DNA of 64,000 nucleotides from Eledone cirrhosa. Its lineage: Eukaryota. Positions 38,301-51,900 of the stretch are shown one piece after another. Below the pieces are notes generated by a model. It was not told the origin of the DNA. It searched no databases and was given only the letters and a program-made list of their open reading frames with translations. Positions within the stretch are counted from its first letter, which is position 1, and each line of letters starts with the position of its first letter. The translations under genes and the position numbers were made by a program. The stretch lies in NCBI GenBank assembly GCA_964016885.1, contig OZ024744.1:125488001-125552000 (forward strand), written 5' to 3'.

Positions 38301-41300
38301 GAAAGAACGTTTGTCTGGAAACTGGTGAGTCAGTGAGTCGAAAAAAAAATATCTCGGTGGTAGTAGCAAATATTCGAACGAGACATTCGTATGCGAAAGA
38401 ACGTTTGTCGGTGGTAGTAGCAAATATTCGAACGAGACATTCGTATGCGAAAGAACGTTTGTCTGGAAGTGGCGATCCATGCCCGGTGGATAGTTGGTTC
38501 CGGGTTTTACTATGATTGTTGCAAAACAGAAACTTAAAGGGATTGACAGAATTTGCGATTCCGGAGAGGGGGCGATCCGTCTGCTTGATTCCGATAACGA
38601 ACGAGACATTCGTATCCGAAAGAACGTTTGTCTGGAAACTGGTGAGTCAGTGAGTCGAAAAAAAAATATCTCGGTGGTAGTAGCAAATATTCGAACGAGA
38701 CATTCGTATGCGAAAGAACGTTTGTCGGTGGTAGTAGCAAATATTCGAACGAGACATTCGTATGCGAAAGAACGTTTGTCTGGAAGTGGCGATCCATGCC
38801 CGGTGGATAGTTGGTTCCGGGTTTTACTATGATTGTTGCAAAACAGAAACTTAAAGGGATTGACAGAATTTGCGATTACGGAGAGGGGGCGATCCGTCTG
38901 CTTGATTCCGATAACGAACGAGACATTCGTATCCGAAAGAACGTTTGTCTGGAAACTGGTGAGTCAGTGAGTCGAAAAAAAAATATCTCGGTGGTAGTAG
39001 CAAATATTCGTATGCGAAAGAAAAGATCTCGGTGGTAGTAGCAAATATTCGAACGAGACATTCGTAGGCGAAAGAAAAATATCTCGGTGGTAGTAGCAAA
39101 TATTCGAACGAGACATTCGTATTCGAAAGAACGTTTGTCTGGAAGTTGCGATCCATGCCCGGTGGATAGTTGGTTCCGGGTTTTACTATGATTGTTGCAA
39201 AACAGAAACTTAAAGGGATTGACAGAATTTGCGATTCCGGAGAGGGGGCGATCCGTCTGCTTGATTCCGATAACGAACGAGACATTCGTATCCGAAAGAA
39301 CGTTTGTCTGGAAACTGGTGAGTCAGTGAGTCGAAAAAAAAAATATCTCGGTGGTAGTAGCAAATATTCGAACGAGACATTCGTATGCGAAAGAACGTTT
39401 GTCGGTGGTAGTAGCAAATATTCGAACGAGACATTCGTATGCGAAAGAACGTTTGTCGGTGGTAGTAGCAAGTATTCGAACGAGACATTCGTATTCGAAA
39501 GAACGTTTGTCTGGAAGTGGCGATCCATGCCCGGTGGATAGTTGGTTCCGGGCTTTACTATGATTGTTGCAAAACAGAAACTTAAAGGGATTGACAGAAT
39601 TTGCGATTCCGGAGAGGGGGCGATCCGTCTGCTTGATTTCGATAACGAACGAGACATTCGTATCCGAAAGAACGTTTGTCTGGAAACTGGTGAGTCAGTG
39701 AGTCGAAAAAAAAATATCTCGGTGGTAGTAGCAAATATTCGAACGAGACATTCGTATGCGAAAGAACGTTTGTCGGTGGTAGTAGCAAATATTCGAACGA
39801 GACATTCGTATGCGAAAGAACGTTTGTCGGTGGTAGTAGCAAATATTCGAACGAGACATTCGTATGCGAAAGAACGTTTGTCTGGAAACTGGTGAGTCAG
39901 TGAGTCGAAAAAAAAATATCTCGGTGGTAGTAGCAAATATTCGAACGAGACATTCGTATGCGAAAGAAAAATATCTCGGTGGTAGTAGCAAATATTCGAA
40001 CGAGACATTCGTATGCGAAAGAACGTTTGTCTGGAAGTGGCGATCCATGCCCGGTGGATAGTTGGTTCCGGGTTTTACTATGATTGTTGCAAAACAGAAA
40101 CTTAAAGGGATTGACAGAATTTGCGATTCCGGAGAGGGGGCGATCCGTCTGCTTGATTCCGATAACGAACGAGACATTCGTATCCGAAAGAACGTTTGTC
40201 TGGAAACTGGTGAGTCAGTGAGTCGAAAAAAAAATATCTCGGTGGTAGTAGCAAATATTCGTATGCGAAAGAAAAGATCTCGGTGGTAGTAGCAAATATT
40301 CGAACGAGACATTCGTAGGCGAAAGAAAAATATCTCGGTGGTAGTAGCAAATATTCGAACGAGACATTCGTATTCGAAAGAACGTTTGTCTGGAAGTTGC
40401 GATCCATGCCCGGTGGATAGTTGGTTCCGGGTTTTACTATGATTGTTGCAAAACAGAAACTTAAAGGGATTGACAGAATTTGCGATTCCGGAGAGGGGGC
40501 GATCCGTCTGCTTGATTCCGATAACGAACGAGACATTCGTATCCGAAAGAACGTTTGTCTGGAAACTGGTGAGTCAGTGAGTCGAAAAAAAAATATCTCG
40601 GTGGTAGTAGCAAATATTCGAACGAGACATTCGTATGCGAAAGAACGTTTGTCGGTGGTAGTAGCAAATATTCGAACGAGACATTCGTATGCGAAAGAAC
40701 GTTTGTCTGGAAGTGGCGATCCATGCCCGGTGGATAGTTGGTTCCGGGTTTTACTATGATTGTTGCAAAACAGAAACTTAAAGGGATTGACAGAATTTGC
40801 GATTCCGGAGAGGGGGCGATCCGTCTGCTTGATTCCGATAACGAACGAGACATTCGTATCCGAAAGAACGTTTGTCTGGAAACTGGTGAGTCAGTGAGTC
40901 GAAAAAAAAATATCTCGGTGGTAGTAGCAAATATTCGAACGAGACATTCGTATGCGAAAGAACGTTTGTCGGTGGTAGTAGCAAATATTCGAACGAGACA
41001 TTCGTATGCGAAAGAACGTTTGTCTGGAAGTGGCGATCCATGCCCGGTGGATAGTTGGTTCCGGGTTTTACTATGATTGTTGCAAAACAGAAACTTAAAG
41101 GGATTGACAGAATTTGCGATTACGGAGAGGGGGCGATCCGTCTGCTTGATTCCGATAACGAACGAGACATTCGTATCCGAAAGAACGTTTGTCTGGAAAC
41201 TGGTGAGTCAGTGAGTCGAAAAAAAAATATCTCGGTGGTAGTAGCAAATATTCGAACGAGACATTCGTAGGCGAAAGAAAAATATCTCGGTGGTAGTAGC

Positions 41301-43952
41301 AAATATTCGAACGAGACATTCGTATTCGAAAGAACGTTTGTCTGGAAGTTGCGATCCATGCCCGGTGGATAGTTGGTTCCGGGTTTTACTATGATTGTTG
41401 CAAAACAGAAACTTAAAGGGATTGACAGAATTTGCGATTCCGGAGAGGGGGCGATCCGTCTGCTTGATTCCGATAACGAACGAGACATTCGTATCCGAAA
41501 GAACGTTTGTCTGGAAACTGGTGAGTCAGTGAGTCGAAAAAAAAAATATCTCGGTGGTAGTAGCAAATATTCGAACGAGACATTCGTATGCGAAAGAACG
41601 TTTGTCGGTGGTAGTAGCAAATATTCGAACGAGACATTCGTATGCGAAAGAACGTTTGTCGGTGGTAGTAGCAAATATTCGAACGAGACATTCGTATTCG
41701 AAAGAACGTTTGTCTGGAAGTGGCGATCCATGCCCGGTGGATAGTTGGTTCCGGGCTTTACTATGATTGTTGCAAAACAGAAACTTAAAGGGATTGACAG
41801 AATTTGCGATTCCGGAGAGGGGGCGATCCGTCTGCTTGATTTCGATAACGAACGAGACATTCGTATCCGAAAGAACGTTTGTCTGGAAACTGGTGAGTCA
41901 GTGAGTCGAAAAAAAAAATATCTCGGTGGTAGTAGCAAATATTCGAACGAGACATTCGTATGCGAAAGAACGTTTGTCGGTGGTAGTAGCAAATATTCGA
42001 ACGAGACATTCGTATGCGAAAGAACTTTTGTCGGTGGTAGTAGCAAATATTCGAACGAGACATTCGTATGCGAAAGAACGTTTGTCTGGAAGTGGCGATC
42101 CATGCCCGGTGGATAGTTGGTTCCGGGTTTTACTATGATTGTTGCAAAACAGAAACTTAAAGGGATTGACAGAATTTGCGATTCCGGAGAGAGGGCGATC
42201 CGTCTGCTTGATTCCGATAACGAACGAGACATTCGTATCCGAAAGAACGTTTGTCTGGAAACTGGTGAGTCAGTGAGTCGAAAAAAAAATATCTCGGTGG
42301 TAGTAGCAAATATTCGAACGAGACATTCGTATGCGAAAGAAAAATATCTCGGTGGTAGTAGCAAATATTCGAACGAGACATTCGTATGCGAAAGAACGTT
42401 TGTCTGGAAGTGGCGATCCATGCCCGGTGGATAGTTGGTTCCGGGTTTTACTATGATTGTTGCAAAACAGAAACTTAAAGGGATTGACAGAATTTGCCAT
42501 TCCGGAGAGGGGGCGATCCGTCTGCTTGATTCCGATAACGAACGAGACATTCGTATCCGAAAGAACGTTTGTCTGGAAACTGGTGAGTCAGTGAGTCGAA
42601 AAAAAAATATCTCGGTGGTAGTAGCAAATATTCGTATGCGAAAGAAAAGATCTCGGTGGTAGTAGCAAATATTCGAACGAGACATTCGTAGGCGAAAGAA
42701 AAATATCTCGGTGGTAGTAGCAAATATTCGAACGAGACATTCGTATGCGAAAGAACGTTTGTCGGTGGTAGTAGCAAATATTCGAACGAGACATTCGTAT
42801 GCGAAAGAACGTTTGTCGGTGGTAGTAGCAAATATTCGAACGAGACATTCGTATGCGAAAGAACGTTTGTCTGGAAGTGGCGATCCATGCCCGGTGGATA
42901 GTTGGTTCCGGGTTTTACTATGATTGTTGCAAAACAGAAACTTAAAGGGATTGACAGAATTTGCGATTCCAGAGAGAGGGCGATCCGTCTGCTTGATTCC
43001 GATAACGAACGAGACATTCGTATCCGAAAGAACGTTTGTCTGGAAACTGGTGAGTCAGTGAGTCGAAAAAAAAATATCTCGGTGGTAGTAGCAAATATTC
43101 GAACGAGACGTTCGTATGCGAAAGAACGTTTGTCTGGAAGTGGCGATCCATGCTCGGTGGATAGTTGGTTCCGGGTTTTACTATGATTGTTGCAAAACAG
43201 AAACTTAAAGGGATTGACAGAATTTGCGATTCCGGAGAGGGGGCGATCCGTCTGCTTGATTCCGATAACGAACGAGACATTCGTATCCGAAAGAACGTTT
43301 GTCTGGAAACTGGTGAGTCAGTGAGTCGAAAAAAAAATATCTCGGTGGTAGTAGCAAATATTCGAACGAGACATTCGTATGCGAAAGAACGTTTGTCGGT
43401 GGTAGTAGCAAATATTCGAACGAGACATTCGTATGCGAAAGAACGTTTGTCTGGAAGTGGCGATCCATGCCCGGTGGATAGTTGGTTCCGGGTTTTACTA
43501 TGATTGTTGCAAAACAGAAACTTAAAGGGATTGACAGAATTTGCGATTCCGGAGAGGGGGCGATCCGTCTGCTTGATTCCGATAACGAACGAGACATTCG
43601 TATCCGAAAGAACGTTTGTCTGGAAACTGGTGAGTCAGTGAGTCGAAAAAAAAATATCTCGGTGGTAGTAGCAAATATTCGTATGCGAAAGAAAAGATCT
43701 CGGTGGTAGTAGCAAATATTCGAACGAGACATTCGTATGCGAAAGAAAAGATCTCGGTGGTAGTAGCAAATATTCGAACGAGACATTCGTATGCGAAAGA
43801 AAAATATCTCGGTGGTAGTAGCAAATATTCGAACGAGACATTCGTATTCGAAAGAACGTTTGTCTGGAAGTTGCGATCCATGCCCGGTGGATAGTTGGTT
43901 CCGGGCTTTACTATGATTGTTGCAAAACAGAAACTTAAAGGAATTGACAGAA
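35325..43952 (+). repeat. rDNA-derived satellite array, copy 2 (complete, ~8.6 kb, ~25 monomers)
   Basis: Same monomer as 1-4324; bounded by the 18S 5' and 28S 3' fragments; 2244-bp higher-order repeat (37298/39542, 37818/40062, 38811/41055). Confidence 0.93.
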
Positions 43953-43974
43953 TTTTCGAATCGACATCAACTCG

Positions 43975-44327
43975 GCTACGGCTATCCCGTCGAGTACGAG
44001 AGTATCGCGGGATCAGAGCAACGGTTTGCTAGGCTGCCTCTGAGCGATAACGGCTGAACGCCTCCTCTAAGCCGGAACCCTAGCCGGACCCGAGTTGTTT
44101 TTCGACAAGCGTCTCGACCTTCTTAAGGCCCATGCCTTAGTTTGGCGATTGCCGTCCGTTCGCCGACGGCGGCAGCGTCAGCGGAAATGCCATTCTGTGA
44201 CGACTACGACGATTCGTCGTCGTCGTCGTCCATTCGATTTCCTGAAAGAGATAGAGACTAAAGTGATCAAATTGTTCGGAGTTACGTGCTTAGTAGAGCA
44301 GCTACCACACTGCAATCTATTGAGAGT
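43975..44327 (+). pseudogene. Degenerate 28S rRNA 3'-terminal fragment, copy 2
   Basis: Same as 4347-4699. Confidence 0.8.
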
Positions 44328-45764
44328 TTTCTGACGAACGATACAATCCGCCCACGTGGCGCCAGAAAGGGAGAAGAAAAGAAAAGTTAGACGCCGCCGA
44401 TCGATCGGTTCGTTGTTTTACGTGTACACAGCTTGTGTGTGTGTCTGTATGTGATACAAGCCGCCTATCCGTCTTCCAAGTAAGTTTTGTGTGTAGACTG
44501 CGGAAAGAAATCCAATCCGCCGTCTAGGCGGTTCTGCCGCCGACCCATACTTTTGCGAGTCGCTCCCGGGAAAGACAGGCGGCAAGACGGCGTGTATACA
44601 CGACGCCTTCCGTCTTCCGCCTCGAACCCGGGCAAACGTTCCTTTATTCGTCCACGCCTTCCCGCTTCGATCGCGAGAAAGTAATCAATCTGTTTTGTGT
44701 GTGTGTCTGTGTGTGATACAAATTTGTTTTCTTAATTTGATAACCATGAATTGTTTCAACACCGGCCCTTTTAAGGGCCACTTATATTTTCAATAATCAG
44801 TTTAAATGGGTTGCACCGTAGCCACTTGGTAATACACTGCAAATCTCCCGTCAATCTATGAAGGTTTTGTAGTAGATTAGATCAAAACACAATCAGCAAG
44901 ACAGTAATGGAATGAATAATATAAACATTTGTTTATAATTAAAGCCTTAAGATGTCCCTCCCTCCCTCCCTTCCTTCCTTCCTTCCTTCCTTCCTTCCTT
45001 CCTTCCTTACGATATACACTTTAATAACATTGAAACTTATTTAATAAGTTTAAATTTTAAACACTTTTTATTCAGACGTACCGCGATAAGTAACTAGATA
45101 TGTTCTAACGAATAATCCGCGATGTGGCGAGGATTACCGCGATAGGAAATTAGATACGTTCCAAAGAAATATCCGCGAAAAGTGAACCGCGATATAGCGG
45201 GTTCACCAGCCAGTGTATTACTGGTACTTTATTTTATCGACCCCCATAAGGATGAAAGGCAAAGTTAACTGTGCAATAACAAAGGGAGATAACCTCGTCT
45301 TTTTTTTTTTACGGAGTTATTTCCCTTTAAATTTTATCTATTACTTATGATGATACAATTTAATCAGTTCTTAGCTGTCGAGACACTGCATCCTTTAAAA
45401 CCTCCATGGAACAAGCTACCTGCAACAGTTGTTAGCTGTCGAGACACTGCATCTTTTAAAACCTCCATGGAACAAACTACCTGCATCAGTTGTTAGGGTC
45501 TGAGTTCAAATCACGCCGAGGAGGTTAACTTTGCCTTTCATCCTTACGGGGTCGGTCGGAAAACGAACCATTCCCGGTTCGCTTTCGAAGCGGGTTTCCG
45601 AAAACAGCGCTTCTCTCGACCGGGCCCGTCGTCCGCTCGGCGGTGGTTTTCATCGTCCCAGGCACGGCTAACAGGCGGAGACGGGACAAACGCGCGTGTT
45701 CCTTTTTTTATCAGCCGCAGCGCCGTTCGTATATATGCTTAGGTTGTTTTTTTTTTAAATATCC

Positions 45765-45994
45765 TAAGTTAAGTTGGGGCTAAGTTAAGTTGGGGCTAAG
45801 TTAAGTTGAGGTTAAGTTGAGTTGGGGTCAAGTTAAGTGGGGGTTAAGTTAAGCTGGGGTTAAGTTAAGTTGAGGTTAAGTTAAGTTGGGGTTAAGTCAA
45901 GTTGGGGTTAAGTTAAGTTGGGGTTAAGTTAGGTTGGGGTTAAGTTAGGTTGGGGTTAAGTTAAGTTGGGGTTAAGTTAGGTTGCGGTTAAGTT
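45765..45994 (+). repeat. G-rich telomere-like 16-bp repeat, copy 2
   Basis: Same as 6133-6362. Confidence 0.9.
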
Positions 45995-45997
45995 ACA

Positions 45998-48900
45998 TTC
46001 GCCGCCGGACTTCAGCTTCCTCATTTAGCATGGGCAGTTTTTCTTGAAAATCACACCACACACAGCAAATGTGTGTCCGCACATGTACCAGTAATTACAG
46101 ATCGATTCCGGTGAAAATTCACTGAAAACGGGCCATCCGGCCCTGTGCGTCGATCGTGGGCCGGCCGGATGTTGACGGATCGATGTGTAATTAGAAGTAC
46201 ATGTGCGGACACTCATTGGCTGTGCGTGGTATGCATTTCAGCAAGATATCTCCGTAACATCAAGAGTTATGGCTGTGGAGGCACACCTAGTCAAACGTAA
46301 ACAAGGTCTGGAGCGTTTACGCTTCGCGATTTTGTTTACGTTTGACTAGGTGTGCCTCCACAGCCACAACTCTTGATGTTACGGAGATATCTTGCTGAAA
46401 TGCATACCGCGCACAGCCAATGAGTGTCCGCACATGTACTTCTAATTACACATCGATCCGTCAACATCCGGCCGGCCCACGATCGACGCACAGGGCCGGA
46501 TGGCCCGTTTTCAGTGAATTTTCACCGGAATCGATCTGTAATTACTGGTACATGTGCGGAGACACATTTGCTGTGTGTGGTGTGATTTTCAAGAAAAACT
46601 GCCCATGCTAAATGAGGAAGCTGAAGTCCGCCGGCGAATGGTGTGCTTCGAAGAAAACTAATTCGAAAATGACCGTTTGCAGGCGGAGTAACCTTTTCGA
46701 TCGTGGGCCAGCCGCCCGTGGTGGGATCCATCTGTAATTACTGGTACATGTGCGGACATACATTTGCTGTGTGTGGTGTGATTTTCAAGAAGAACTGCCC
46801 ATGCTAAATGAGGAAGCTGAAGTCCGCCGGCGAATGGTGTGCTTCGAAGAAAACTAATTCGAAAATGACCGTTTGCAGGCGGGGTAACCTTTTCGATCGT
46901 GGGCCAGCCGCCCGTGGTGGGATCCATCTGTAATTACTGGTACATGTGCGGACACACATTTGCTGTGTGTGGTGTGATTTTCGAGAAAGACTGCCCATGC
47001 TAAATGAGGAAGCTGAAGTCCGCCGGCGAATGGTGTGCTTCGAAGAAAACTAATTCGAAAATGACTATTTGCCGGCGGAATCACCTTTTCGGTCCTGGTC
47101 CGGCCGGATCTTGCCGGATCGATCGGAAATTTGTGGACCATGTTCGGAAGGCCATTGTGCATGTGTGGTGAAAAAAATTTGTGTCGAAATCTTCTCGGAA
47201 AATAACGGATCGCCGGCGGAGATTGCCATTTCGATCGTGGGCCGGCCGGATCTTGTCGGATCGATTCGGACATATGTGCATCGTGTTCGCAAGGCCCTTG
47301 TCTATGTGTGGTGTGATTTTCATAAAGAAATTCCGAAAAACCCAGTTTTAAATCTGATTTCGCCAAAGAATTTTGGCTATCAGATCGGGTTGAAAGGTAT
47401 GGTTTCAGGTCGATCTGAAAGTCTAAAATGGAATTCACTCGGTTAGCTAACTATTGATATTTCGGAGATATCTTTCTGAAAATCACACCACACACTCCCA
47501 ATGAGTGTCTGCACATGTACCAGTAATTACAGATGGATCCCACCACGGGCGGCCGGCCCACGATCGAAAAGGTTACTCCGAAGCACACCATTCGCCGGCG
47601 GAATTCATTTAGCATGGGCAGTTTTTCTCGAAAATCACACCACACACAGCCAATGAGTGTCCGCACATGTACCAGTAATTACAGATGGATCCCACCACGG
47701 GCGGCTGGCCCACGATCGAAAAGGTTACTCCGCCTGCAAACGGTCATTTTCGAATTCGTTTTCTTCGAAGCACACGATTCGCCGGCGGACTTCAGCTGCC
47801 TCATTTAGCATGGGCAGTTTTTCTCGAAAATCACACCACACACAGCAAATGTGTGTCCGCACATGTACCAGTAATTACAGATCGATTCCGGTGAAAATTC
47901 ACTGAAAACGGGCCATTCGGCCCTGTGCGTCGATCGTGGGCCGGCCGGATGTTGACGGATCGATGTGTAATTAGAAGTACATGTGCGGACACTCATTGGC
48001 TGTGCGTGGTATGCATTTCAGCAAGATATCTCCGTAACATCAAGAGTTATGGCTGTGGAGGCACACCTAGTCAAACGTAAACAAGCTCTGGAGCGTATAC
48101 GCTTCGCGATTTTGTTTACGTTTGACTAGGTGTGCCTCCACAGCCACAACTCTTGATGTTACGGAGATATCTTGCTGAAATGCATACCACGCACAGCCAA
48201 TGAGTGTCCGCACATGTACTTCTAATTACACATCGATCCGTCAACATCCGGCCGGCCCACGATCGACGCACAGGGCCGGATGGCCCGTTTGCAGTGAATT
48301 TTCACCGGAATCGATCTGTAATTACTGGTACATGTGCGGACACACATTTGCTGTGTGTGGTGTGATTTTCGAGAAAAACTGCCCATGCTAAATGAGGAAG
48401 CTGAAGTCCGCCGGCGAATGGTGTGCTTCGAAGAAAACTAATTCGAAAATGACCGTTTGCAGGCGGAGTAACCTTTTCGATCGTGGGCCAGCCGCCCGTG
48501 GTGGGATACATCTGTAATTACTGGTACATGTGCGGACACACATTTGCTGTGTGTGGTGTGATTTTCGAGAAAGACTGCCCATGCTAAATGAGGAAGCTGA
48601 AGTCCGCCGGCGAATGGTGTGCTTCGAAGAAAACTAATTCGAAAATGACTATTTGCCGGCGGAATCACCTTTTCGGTCCTGGTCCGGCCGGATCTTGCCG
48701 GATCGATCGGAAATTTGTGGACCATGTTCGGAAGGCCATTGTGCATGTGTGGTGAAAAAAATTTGTGTCGAAATCTTCTCGGAAAATAACGGATCGCCGG
48801 CGGAGATTGCCATTTCGATCGTGGGCCGGCCGGATCTTGTCGGATCGATTCGGACATATGTGCATCGTGTTCGCAAGGCCCTTGTCTATGTGTGGTGTGA

Positions 48901-51900
48901 TTTTCATAAAGAAATTCCGAAAAACCCAGTTTTAAATCTGATTTCGCCAAAGAATTTTGGCTATCAGATCGGGTTGAAAGGTATGGTTTCAGGTCGATCT
49001 GAAAGTCTAAAATGGGATTCACTCGGTTAGCTAACTTTTGATATATCGGAGATATCTTTCTGAAAATCACACCACACACTCCCAATGAGTGTCTGCACAT
49101 GTACCAGTAATTACAGATGGATCCCACCACGGGCGGCCGGCCCACGATCGAAAAGGTTACTCCGAAGCACACCATTCGCCGGCGGAATTCATTTAGCATG
49201 GGCAGTTTTTCTCGAAAATCACACCACACACAGCCAATGAGTGTCCGCACATGTACCAGTAATTACAGATGGATCCCACCACGGGCGGCTGGCCCACGAT
49301 CGAAAAGGTTACTCCGCCTGCAAACGGTCATTTTCGAATTCGTTTTCTTCGAAGCACACGATTCGCCGGCGGACTTCAGCTGCCTCATTTAGCATGGGCA
49401 GTTTTTCTCGAAACTCACACCACACACAGCAAATGTGTGTCCGCACATGTACCAGTAATTACAGATCGATTCCGGTGAAAATTCACTGAAAACGGGCCAT
49501 TCGGCCCTGTGCGTCGATCGTGGGCCGGCCGGATGTTGACGGATCGATGTGTAATTAGAAGTACATGTGCGGACACTCATTGGCTGTGCGTGGTATGCAT
49601 TTCAGCAAGATATCTCCGTAACATCAAGAGTTATGGCTGTGGAGGCACACCTAGTCAAACGTAAACAAGCTCTGGAGCGTATACGCTTCGCGATTTTGTT
49701 TACGTTTGACTAGGTGTGCCTCCACAGCCACAACTCTTGATGTTACGGAGATATCTTGCTGAAATGCATACCACGCACAGCCAATGAGTGTCCGCACATG
49801 TACTTCTAATTACACATCGATCCGTCAACATCCGGCCGGCCCACGATCGACGCACAGGGCCGGATGGCCCGTTTGCAGTGAATTTTCACCGGAATCGATC
49901 TGTAATTACTGGTACATGTGCGGACACACATTTGCTGTGTGTGGTGTGATTTTCACGAAAAACTGCCCATGCTAAATGAGGAAGCTGAAGTCCGCCGGCG
50001 AATGGTGTGCTTCGAAGAAAACTAATTCGAAAATGACCGTTTGCAGGCGGAGTAACCTTTTCGATCGTGGGCCAGCCGCCCGTGGTGGGATACATCTGTA
50101 ATTACTGGTACATGTGCGGACACACATTTGCTGTGTGTGGTGTGATTTTCGAGAAAGACTGCCCATGCTAAATGAGGAAGCTGAAGTCCGCCGGCGAATG
50201 GTGTGCTTCGAAGAAAACTAATTCGAAAATGACTATTTGCCGGCGGAATCACCTTTTCGGTCCTGGTCCGGCCGGATCTTGCCGGATCGATCGGAAATTT
50301 GTGGACCATGTTCGGAAGGCCATTGTGCATGTGTGGTGAAAAAAATTTGTGTCGAAATCTTCTCGGAAAATAACGGATCGCCGGCGGAGATTGCCATTTC
50401 GATCGTGGGCCGGCCGGATCTTGTCGGATCGATTCGGACATATGTGCATCGTGTTCGCAAGGCCCTTGTCTATGTGTGGTGTGATTTTCATAAAGAAATT
50501 CCGAAAAACCCAGTTTTAAATCTGATTTCGCCAAAGAATTTTGGCTATCAGATCGGGTTGAAAGGTATGGTTTCAGGTCGATCTGAAAGTCTAAAATGGG
50601 ATTCACTCGGTTAGCTAACTTTTGATATATCGGAGATATCTTTCTGAAAATCACACCACACACTCCCAATGAGTGTCTGCACATGTACCAGTAATTACAG
50701 ATGGATCCCACCACGGGCGGCCGGCCCACGATCGAAAAGGTTACTCCGAAGCACACCATTCGCCGGCGGAATTCATTTAGCATGGGCAGTTTTTCTCGAA
50801 AATCACACCACACACAGCCAATGAGTGTCCGCACATGTACCAGTAATTACAGATGGATCCCACCACGGGCGGCTGGCCCACGATCGAAAAGGTTACTCCG
50901 CCTGCAAACGGTCATTTTCGAATTCGTTTTCTTCGAAGCACACGATTCGCCGGCGGACTTCAGCTGCCTCATTTAGCATGGGCAGTTTTTCTCGAAACTC
51001 ACACCACACACAGCAAATGTGTGTCCGCACATGTACCAGTAATTACAGATCGATTCCGGTGAAAATTCACTGAAAACGGGCCATTCGGCCCTGTGCGTCG
51101 ATCGTGGGCCGGCCGGATGTTGACGGATCGATGTGTAATTAGAAGTACATGTGCGGACACTCATTGGCTGTGCGTGGTATGCATTTCAGCAAGATATCTC
51201 CGTAACATCAAGAGTTATGGCTGTGGAGGCACACCTAGTCAAACGTAAACAAGCTCTGGAGCGTATACGCTTCGCGATTTTGTTTACGTTTGACTAGGTG
51301 TGCCTCCACAGCCACAACTCTTGATGTTACGGAGATATCTTGCTGAAATGCATACCACGCACAGCCAATGAGTGTCCGCACATGTACTTCTAATTACACA
51401 TCGATCCGTCAACATCCGGCCGGCCCACGATCGACGCACAGGGCCGGATGGCCCGTTTTCAGTGAATTTTCACCGGAATCGATCTGTAATTACTGGTACA
51501 TGTGCGGACACACATTTGCTGTGTGTGGTGTGATTTTCACGAAAAACTGCCCATGCTAAATGAGGAAGCTGAAGTCCGCCGGCGAATGGTGTGCTTCGAA
51601 GAAAACTAATTCGAAAATGACCGTTTGCAGGCGGAGTAACCTTTTCGATCGTGGGCCAGCCGCCCGTGGTGGGATACATCTGTAATTACTGGTACATGTG
51701 CGGACACACATTTGCTGTGTGTGGTGTGATTTTCGAGAAAGACTGCCCATGCTAAATGAGGAAGCTGAAGTCCGCCGGCGAATGGTGTGCTTCGAAGAAA
51801 ACTAATTCGAAAATGACTATTTGCCGGCGGAATCACCTTTTCGGTCCTGGTCCGGCCGGATCTTGCCGGATCGATCGGAAATTTGTGGACCATGTTCGGA

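Noticed and set aside
35325-43952. CRISPR-like appearance of short repeats
   Set aside because: No unique spacers, no cas genes, eukaryotic context.
35132-44327. Functional 18S/5.8S/28S rRNA genes
   Set aside because: Only fragments are present, with substitutions in invariant positions; no 5.8S recognised and most of both subunits is missing.
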